A stretch of DNA of 64,000 nucleotides from an uncultured Verrucomicrobiae bacterium (GTDB taxonomy: Bacteria > Verrucomicrobiota > Verrucomicrobiia > Limisphaerales > Palsa-1400): positions 512,001 to 576,000 of the forward strand of contig CAVPOM010000018.1 of assembly GCA_963707025.1 (NCBI GenBank). Reading direction: 5' to 3'. The notes beneath the pieces were generated by a model. It was not told where the DNA came from and made no database searches. It was given only the letters and a program-made list of their open reading frames with translations. The first letter of the stretch is position 1. Each line of letters opens with the position of its first letter. A program made the position numbers and the translations under genes. Positions 56,894 to 64,000 of the stretch are shown one piece after another.

Positions 56894-57826
56894 ATGAGCT
56901 TGCTCAAGGTCGAACGTCTTTCCAAAACATACGGCCCGATTCGCGCCGTGGATTCCGTCAGCCTGGAGGTGCGGCCTGGCGAGATTTACGGCCTGCTCGG
57001 TCCCAATGGCGCGGGCAAGACGACCACCATCTCCATCATCTCCGGCCTGCTCAAACCCGACGCCGGCGAGGTCCTGGTCGCGGGCGCGGCCTTCTGGTCC
57101 GATCCGCAAAAAGCCAAGCGCATCATGGGCGTGGTGCCGCAGGAACTGGCCATTTACGAGGATTTGAGCGGGCGCGAGAACCTGGAATTCTGGGGGCGCA
57201 TGGCGGGCCTGAGTTCGGGCGATGCCAGAGCGCGCGCCGCGGAATTGCTCGCCGCCCTCACGCTGACTGATCGCGCCAAGGACGCGGTCAAGACCTATTC
57301 CGGCGGCATGAAGCGCCGCATCAATCTCGGTTGCGCCCTGCTGCACCGCCCACAGTTGCTGCTGCTGGATGAGCCGACGGTGGGCATAGACCCGCAAGCG
57401 CGGCTGAAGATTCTCGAATTCATCCGCAACCTTCGCGCCGGCGGCGCGGCCATTCTTTACACGACGCATTATCTGGAGGAAGCCGAGACCCTTTGCCAGC
57501 GCATCGGCATCATTGATCATGGCCGGTTGCTGGCGGAAGGGACGTTGAGTGAATTGCAGGAACGGCTGGGCGGCGACCGGGTGTTCGTGCTGGAAGCGGA
57601 TTTCAAAAACACTTCGCCCGAGGCCTGGGGTGGTTTTCACCAGCGCTTCCGGGTCATCCAGAAATCGGAGCGGCAGCTCGTGGTCGCGGCGGTGGGCGCG
57701 CGGGATCCTTCCGAGTGCCTGAAGGATTTGCTCAATCTTCCCGTGCGCGCGGAAAACGTCACGCTCAAGCGGCCCAGCCTGAACGATGTCTTCCTGCAAC
57801 TGACGGGGCGGGAACTGAGGGAATAG
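56894..57826 (+). CDS. ABC-2 type exporter ATP-binding protein
   Basis: [33 protein letters not shown]. Confidence 0.96.
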   Translation: MSLLKVERLSKTYGPIRAVDSVSLEVRPGEIYGLLGPNGAGKTTTISIISGLLKPDAGEVLVAGAAFWSDPQKAKRIMGVVPQELAIYEDLSGRENLEFWGRMAGLSSGDARARAAELLAALTLTDRAKDAVKTYSGGMKRRINLGCALLHRPQLLLLDEPTVGIDPQARLKILEFIRNLRAGGAAILYTTHYLEEAETLCQRIGIIDHGRLLAEGTLSELQERLGGDRVFVLEADFKNTSPEAWGGFHQRFRVIQKSERQLVVAAVGARDPSECLKDLLNLPVRAENVTLKRPSLNDVFLQLTGRELRE

Positions 57827-57828
57827 CC

Positions 57829-59169
57829 ATGCTCCGCGTTCTCCTGGCCAAAGACCTGCGTCGCGCGCGGCGCAATCCGCTGCCCTGGCTCATCAATCTC
57901 ATCGTGCCCCTGGCCATGACCGCCCTCATCGGCCTGGTCTTCGGTGGACAGTCGGACAGCGGCGCGCTGGGCCGCATCCGCTTCGCCGTGGTGGACGAGG
58001 ACAAGACGGTGTTGAGCGATGGTCTGCGCGGCGCGGCCAACCAGGGCGAAGGCGGCAAATATCTCGAACCGGTGTTTATGGAGCGCGCAGACGCGCTGCG
58101 TGAGATCAATGCCAACAAGATCAGCGCGGTCCTCATCATCCCGACCAACTTCATGCGCGACTATCTCACGGCCCGCCAAGCGGTCAGCCTTGAACTGATC
58201 AAGAATCCGGCCGAGTCAATTCATCCGGCGGTGCTGGAGGAATTGCTCGGGGCCGTCGTCTCGGCGTTGAATGCGGTTTCGCGCAACTTCAACTCCGAGT
58301 TTCCCGAATGGCAGGCGGTGATCGAAGGCAAGGAGGATTATCACAAGGCGTCCCTTCTGGTGGAACGCGCGGGCGACAAACTCAAGACGGCCAGGAAGTT
58401 CATCAACCCGCCCCTGGTGAGCTACGAAAAGGAAGCGCCCGCGGACGAATCCACCAATGTTTCACTCAAAAGCGGGGCGGCCAACGGCGGGGCGGCAAAG
58501 GGCGGCGCGCCGAAAAACACGCCGGCCAGAACCGGCGCCGCAAAGCCCGGTTCCGCTGATTCCATCTTCGCGTTTCTGCTGATCGGGTTGTCGGCGATGT
58601 TTCTGCTCTTCCTCGCCGGCAACGCCATGAGCGATCTCTACCGTGAATTGAGTCAGCGCACTTTCCAGCGATACCAGACCTTGCGGGATTCGCTCGTGCC
58701 GTTCCTCGCCGGCAAGGCCGTGTTCGCCTTCGTCATGCTGCTGCTCTGCAGCGCGATCATGCTCGGCGGCGGCGGCTTGATTTTTCGCATTGACTGGCAG
58801 CAACCCTGGGCGCTGCTGGCGCTCACCGCCGGCTACGTGGCTTTCGCCGCGACTTTGTTCGCGGTGTTTGTCGCCCTCATGCCCGATGAGCGTCGCGCGG
58901 CCGTGCTGACCAACCTGGCGGGGATGGGCCTGGGCCTGGTGGGCGGCTGTGCCTTTCCGCCGCAGCAGCTCCCGGCCTTTCTGCGCGAGCACATCACGCC
59001 GTTGATGCCCAGCTATTGGTTCGTGGACACGGCGCGCAACCTGCAGGACGGCGGCGCGGGCGTCGCCTGGGGCTGGGTGGTGTTGAAGCTCGCGCTGCTC
59101 AGTCTGGCGCTGCTCGTGCTGGCGGCCTTTTTGTTTCGGCGAAAATTCAAAACCGGTTGGCGCGCATGA
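57829..59169 (+). CDS. ABC-2 type exporter permease
   Basis: KDLRR..NP, N-terminal TM + extracellular loop + 5 TMs, GGCAFP. Confidence 0.92.
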   Translation: MLRVLLAKDLRRARRNPLPWLINLIVPLAMTALIGLVFGGQSDSGALGRIRFAVVDEDKTVLSDGLRGAANQGEGGKYLEPVFMERADALREINANKISAVLIIPTNFMRDYLTARQAVSLELIKNPAESIHPAVLEELLGAVVSALNAVSRNFNSEFPEWQAVIEGKEDYHKASLLVERAGDKLKTARKFINPPLVSYEKEAPADESTNVSLKSGAANGGAAKGGAPKNTPARTGAAKPGSADSIFAFLLIGLSAMFLLFLAGNAMSDLYRELSQRTFQRYQTLRDSLVPFLAGKAVFAFVMLLLCSAIMLGGGGLIFRIDWQQPWALLALTAGYVAFAATLFAVFVALMPDERRAAVLTNLAGMGLGLVGGCAFPPQQLPAFLREHITPLMPSYWFVDTARNLQDGGAGVAWGWVVLKLALLSLALLVLAAFLFRRKFKTGWRA

Positions 59170-60299
59170 AACGTTTCCTCGACATCGGCCACACCGACCT
59201 GCGCCTTTTTTTCAAGCACAAGAGCGCCTACATCTGGTTGTTCGTCATGCCGCTCGCTTTCGTTTATTTCATGGGCTTCGCCAACCGGGGGCCTGGCGAT
59301 CCCTATAATCGCACGCCCCCGCTGCTCATCGAGAACGAGGACACCAATTTCCTGGGGCGAATTTTCCTCGATGAACTCAGTTCGCAGAAAATGTGGCTCT
59401 TGAGCCCAACCAATCGCGAGTCCGCCGCCCGCCTCCTCCGCATCCCCGCCGACTTCACCAGCAAGATCTTGTCGCAGCAACAGAGCAAGGTGCGGTTCCT
59501 CAAGCGCGACGCTTCCGGGGAGGCCGACGCCGCGCTCATCGAAGTGCGCCTGGTGCGGGCGTTGATCGCCATGAACGGCCATCTGCTCGAAGCGGCCACG
59601 GCGACAAATGACCCCGGCGCCATTTCCGAAAGCAAGCTGCGGCACATCATGGCCGCGCCCGATCCGGTGAGTTTGAACGCGCGATTTGCCGGACGAAAAC
59701 CGGTGCCCTCCGGCTTCAACTTCTCCCTGCCGGGCAATCTGGTCATGTACCTCATGATGAACCTGCTCATCTTCGGCGGCGCCACCGTCTCCGCGGAGCG
59801 GCGCAACGGGGTGATCAAGCGGCTCATGGTCCATCCCGTGACGCGCCTGGAAATTGTCACGGGCAAAATCTACGGCCTGATGCTGCTCGGATTGGTGCAG
59901 ATCCTCTTTTTCCTCGCGGCCGGCAAATTCCTGTTCCACGTCAACCTCGGCGCCAATCTGCCGGCCGTGACGTTGACGCTGCTCCTGTTGGCGTGGGTTG
60001 CCGGATCGCTCGGCGTGCTGGTCGGTTCGGTGGTCGCCGCGCACGACCGGGTCAACGGCATTTGCGTGCTGGCCAGTCTTTTGATGGCGGCCTTGGGCGG
60101 CTGTTGGTGGCCGCTGGAGATCGGGCCGCCCGCCCTCAAGACCATGGCGCTGTGCCTGCCGACCGGCTGGGCCATGCGGGCCCTCCATCAACTCATCAGC
60201 TTCGGCAGCGATTTCAGCGCCGTGCTGACTCCGCTGGCCGTATTGCTGGCCTTCGGCCTGGCCGCCAATGTTCTGGCCGCGCGGTTCTTCAAGAGCTAA
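59166..60299 (+). CDS. ABC-2 type exporter permease
   Basis: ERRNGVIKRL..P, GK, LGGCWWPLE, LPTGWAM. Confidence 0.93.
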   Translation: MKRFLDIGHTDLRLFFKHKSAYIWLFVMPLAFVYFMGFANRGPGDPYNRTPPLLIENEDTNFLGRIFLDELSSQKMWLLSPTNRESAARLLRIPADFTSKILSQQQSKVRFLKRDASGEADAALIEVRLVRALIAMNGHLLEAATATNDPGAISESKLRHIMAAPDPVSLNARFAGRKPVPSGFNFSLPGNLVMYLMMNLLIFGGATVSAERRNGVIKRLMVHPVTRLEIVTGKIYGLMLLGLVQILFFLAAGKFLFHVNLGANLPAVTLTLLLLAWVAGSLGVLVGSVVAAHDRVNGICVLASLLMAALGGCWWPLEIGPPALKTMALCLPTGWAMRALHQLISFGSDFSAVLTPLAVLLAFGLAANVLAARFFKS

Positions 60300-60393
60300 T
60301 GAGTTGATCAACCGTCAGGTCTTTTACCCCACCCCCGGCGATCGGCCTTGTCGCAAGCCCAGGAACCCCTTTCGGACAGCCCGTGACAAGCGA

Positions 60394-61977
60394 TCAATGA
60401 CGCGAGCTTCCCATACTCGGGATACTCAGCCGGTCACGCAGAATCAGCGTGGCCACAAAGCCGGTGAAAGCGCCGGACAAATGCGCGGTCATGCTCACTT
60501 GCGGGACGAATGAGTCAAAGGCGATCTGCATCGCCACAATGAGAAGCACCACCATCAGCCGCCTCCGGGCGGCCAGCGCCTTGTCGCGCAGCCAACCGCG
60601 GAGCATGAGCGCTCCGGTGGCTCCCACCAAGCCCATAATGCAACCCGAAGCTCCCACCATGAGTTGCTCACCATTGGGTCCGGAGGCAAACTCCATCACC
60701 ACGCCCGCGGCGCCAAGGCCCGACAGCAGATAGACGAGGAGAAATCTTCTCAAGCCGAGGGCAAATTCCACGAACGGTCCCAACAGCCACAAGGCCAGCA
60801 TGTTCATGGCCAGATGAAGCGGTCCAAAATGCAGAAACAGCGAGGCTGGCATCCGCCACCATTCCCCGGCTCGAACGGCGGGAGGATACAAAGCTCCCAG
60901 GCGATACAAAACCTCCGGATTGCTGCCGCCACCCAGGCAAATCTCCGCGCCGAACATCAGCATATTCAGCCCGATAAGAATTTGCGTGGCTCGCGCCCGC
61001 CTTGAAAACAACGAGGGTTGCGCGCCAAAAATTTCGTCGTGGCCATGCTCCAGCGCGGCGCTCTCGATCACGCCCGCAGCGGATGCGTCCAGCGACGCTG
61101 CCGGGGTCAACGGCCGCGCCAGGCGGCGTTCAATGGCCAGGCGCGTTGGCGGATCGGCCTCGGGCAACAACAATTCCAACTGACGTTGGCCGGATTCAGA
61201 CGCGCCGGCCGCCAGATCAGCAGCCGCCAGCCAATAGGCGCGGATGGAAGCCGGCAAGCTGGCCAGGCTGCCGCCAAAGAGGAGGCGTTCCGCCAGATCG
61301 CGCCGGCCGCAAAAAACAAACAGCATCAGGCGACACTGGTCGCGTGCGGCCGGTGGAATGAGATTCCCGACTTGCTGTTTGTGCCGGTCATACAATTCGA
61401 CCAGTCCGCGCAAGTCGCCGGTCTCCCCTCGCGCCCGAAGAACCGCGGCCAGAAGCTGCGGATGCCGGTCCACTTCCTGCTGATGCCGGGCCTGCCAGGC
61501 AAGAAGATCGTCCCATTGGTTGGTGAGCCGGTAGAGATTAATCACCGCCGCCATCCCCATCAGCGTTTTGACATTTTGGAAGCGGTTTAGGATTTCCACA
61601 GCCGCAGGCAACTCGCCCCGTTGCGCCAGATCCAGCGCGCGAACGATCTCCGGCTGTTGTCTCCAGCCGTCGGCCGGATGCAGCCAGCTTAGAAGCCGGG
61701 CCCAACGGAAGGCGGCCGCATACTGCTGCTGGAGGAACCGGCGGGAATAGAGTTTCCCGATCAATCCGGGAAGCAACACGAGCATCAGCCACATCGCGGC
61801 GGCGACGTGGATGCAAGCTCTCTGTTCCTCCAGTTTCCCGAACAACGCCATGAACAAGATGGCGAGATAAAGCACAATCCAGCCGCGCCGGTCCGAGCGA
61901 ACACGCGTCAGCGTCATCGCCAGGCCAACCAGAGCGTAGAAAAACACACACCAAAAAATGACGACATCGTTATCCAT
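60394..61977 (-). CDS. Rhomboid intramembrane serine protease with long N-terminal TM + helical-repeat region
   Basis: GEWWR, FLHFG.LHLAMN, catalytic GASG, AHLSG. Confidence 0.92.
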   Translation of the reverse strand: MDNDVVIFWCVFFYALVGLAMTLTRVRSDRRGWIVLYLAILFMALFGKLEEQRACIHVAAAMWLMLVLLPGLIGKLYSRRFLQQQYAAAFRWARLLSWLHPADGWRQQPEIVRALDLAQRGELPAAVEILNRFQNVKTLMGMAAVINLYRLTNQWDDLLAWQARHQQEVDRHPQLLAAVLRARGETGDLRGLVELYDRHKQQVGNLIPPAARDQCRLMLFVFCGRRDLAERLLFGGSLASLPASIRAYWLAAADLAAGASESGQRQLELLLPEADPPTRLAIERRLARPLTPAASLDASAAGVIESAALEHGHDEIFGAQPSLFSRRARATQILIGLNMLMFGAEICLGGGSNPEVLYRLGALYPPAVRAGEWWRMPASLFLHFGPLHLAMNMLALWLLGPFVEFALGLRRFLLVYLLSGLGAAGVVMEFASGPNGEQLMVGASGCIMGLVGATGALMLRGWLRDKALAARRRLMVVLLIVAMQIAFDSFVPQVSMTAHLSGAFTGFVATLILRDRLSIPSMGSSRH

Positions 61978-62131
61978 GCCTTTTCAACTGCGCGACCGAT
62001 GGCGCGATGATAGTCCCATGGAAGCCGCCGTCGAGCTTTGACAATCCACGGAGTTTCAGAAGCGAATTGCCAGGCGCCGGAACCGACTTCATAGACGAGT
62101 CACAAGATCTTTGGCGCCAACGGAGACCCGA

Positions 62132-62554
62132 TCACTCCCCGGGTTTTTCCCGGGGCGGTTTGTCTTTGCTGAGGCGGCGCGCCAGGATAATCCAGTAAGC
62201 GCCAAAAAAGAGGAAGGCGATTCCCAGCACAAAGACGAAAGTGAACCGGGCCAGGTCAGCCGCTCCGAAGATCGTGAAAATGAGGCCCGTCGCACCCAGA
62301 AAAAACCCGTTGGCGTAACGCATGGAACTGCCCTGTTTTACAACGGAGACCTGCCTTTGCATGATGCGCTCCACTTCACCCATGTGCCGGACGTTTTGGG
62401 CAAGGAGTTGCATGAGCGCCTCCACCTCCGCCTCGCAGCGCCCGCGGCAGGCCAGTCCTTTGCCGAGGTCAACCGCACACTCCGGGCAGAGACCTTTGCC
62501 GCATGACTTGCAGGCGCCGACGGCTTCCCGGTCTTGATGATAGAAACAACGCAT
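62132..62554 (-). CDS. B-box-like zinc finger membrane protein
   Basis: MRCFYH..EAVGACKSCGKGLCPEC..ACRGRC, two C-terminal TMs. Confidence 0.82.
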   Translation of the reverse strand: MRCFYHQDREAVGACKSCGKGLCPECAVDLGKGLACRGRCEAEVEALMQLLAQNVRHMGEVERIMQRQVSVVKQGSSMRYANGFFLGATGLIFTIFGAADLARFTFVFVLGIAFLFFGAYWIILARRLSKDKPPREKPGE

Positions 62555-62663
62555 GAGAATGGTGGGGCGGTTCGATGTTGGGCGCGGTCCAAAATTGAAT
62601 CGAGCCACGCTCCGAGGCAAGGACAAAAACGCCATTATCCAAATTGCCAGGACAGCGCCCGCC

Positions 62664-64000
62664 TCATGGTGTGCGCACCTGGAAAAAGCGCGGGCCCGGG
62701 CTGGCCGTCTCCGTGTAATTGGTGTTGCTACTGTCCCCGCTGAACACCGCCGCCCAATTCATCAAATCCGTGGAAGCTTCCACCGTGAAAGTTCCGCTGC
62801 GCACGCCGCCGACCTGGAAGCTGAATTGTCCCAAACTCAAGCGCGCATTCATCAGGAGCAATGGCAGCGGCGGACCGAAGGACAGGCCCGGGTTCCAATG
62901 GCCGATGTAGGAGGAGGGCTTGAGGCCGGCCCGCGTAAAGTTTCCGGTCACGAACAGATCGCCCCCGGCCAGCGACATGCCGTAAATCGTGGCGCTCCCG
63001 ACCGGCAGGTTGGTCACCCCGTCGCCCAATCCGGACCAGGCCGAACCATCCCACTGGGCGATGCGGTTGAAACTCGTTCCGCCGGAGTTGGTCATCGTTC
63101 CCCCCGCGTACAGGGTACTGCTGTCCGCGGCCAGCGCGTTGACGGTTCCCGAGCTGAACCCGGCCCCCACCTGCGACCACGAGCTTCCGTTCCACTGCGC
63201 GATGCGCAGCAGGGGTGTCCCGCCCGAATAGGAACTGGTGAAGCTGCCGCCCGCGTAAACCACTCCGTTTTGCAGCGCCAGCGCGGCCACCGTGCCGCTC
63301 ATGGCCGTTCCCATCGAATGCCAGGCGGCCCCGTCCCAGTAGCCGACGTTTTCCAGGTCATCACCCGTGACAATGGGAGGACCCGTTTCCCAGCCAATGT
63401 CAAAGTTCCCGCCCGCGTACCAGATTGACGCCGTCGGTTGTCAGGGTGTTGAAAATATTATTGCCCCGCCAATATGAAATGGTCGGCACGTCCTGCCAGT
63501 CTGTGCCGTCAAACTGCGCAATGCCATGCAGCGAGCCGCTGCCATCGCCGCGCGCCGTGAAAGCGCCTCCCGCAAACAGCGTTCCCTGATACACCACCAG
63601 CGCGTTGACGTTGCTGTTCAGTCCGCTGCCCAGCCCATGCCAGTTGGATCCGTCCCACTTTGCCACGTTATGGGCCCCCACGCCGCCGGCATTGGTGAAG
63701 TAGCCGCCGGCGTAGATCAAGCCGCCATCTTCAATCATGGCCGTAACCGTCGGGCTGAGCAGATTGTTGCCGGTGACGCCGCCCCCCATCGCATCCCAAT
63801 TCGTCCCGTCGAATTGCGCGATGCGATTGGCCAGAATTCCGCCCGCCAGCACCACTCCCCCGCCGACATAAAGACGGGTCGCCGTCTTGAGGATCGCCCG
63901 CGGGACCAGCCACACTCCCTTGGTCGCGCGCCCATTGACCCCCGTCCACTCGGCGCCGTCCCACTTGGCCAGGGCAATCACCCCGGCATTGCCGGCGCGA
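62664..64000 (-). CDS. Secreted beta-propeller repeat protein (5' end outside the window) with a +1 frameshift near 63420
   Basis: Repeats LY.GG.FT..G...N.IA.WDG..W..LG.G; C-terminal VEASTDLMNW..RFFQV domain. Removing one base gives DGVNLYAGGNF. Confidence 0.88.

Overview
GC-rich bacterial chromosomal window. Gene content, heptamer/hexamer/REP-like repeats and protein style suggest Verrucomicrobiota, probably Pedosphaerales/Limisphaerales (inference, not a database result). It holds about 56 CDS. Housekeeping genes: aroE, rnc, infA, tatD-like, ruvB and a DUF167 gene. Larger modules: a hybrid histidine kinase divergent from an HDOD gene with sigma28- and sigma54-like promoters; an ECF sigma/anti-sigma triad; an 8-gene MoxR-DUF58-vWA-vWA-DUF4175-DUF4159 operon ending in a tetraheme cytochrome c/pseudo-nucleotidase lipoprotein and an exported thioredoxin; an RHH-PIN toxin-antitoxin pair; PPK2(pap)-SulP; a DUF2089 regulator with a duplicated-domain membrane protein; a 1190-aa Ig-repeat secreted protein; an extended sufBCDUTS operon with a Cys-less rhodanese and a second IscU-type scaffold; a beta-propeller HK/NarL pair; a 3-gene ABC-2 exporter; and a rhomboid protease. 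Four genes carry +1 single-base-duplication frameshifts that look like assembly errors. Leading novel candidates: (1) a strong directional Thr-Asn dipeptide bias concentrated in exported proteins, a possible lineage-specific modification sequon; (2) the redox-tailed MoxR operon; (3) a gene-less sigma54 locus with enhancer sites and candidate tandem sRNAs; (4) a palindromic mobile repeat translated in-frame inside a membrane protein; (5) the dual-scaffold Suf operon with an orphan Rrf2-type operator. No rRNA, tRNA, CRISPR array or transposase was recognised.
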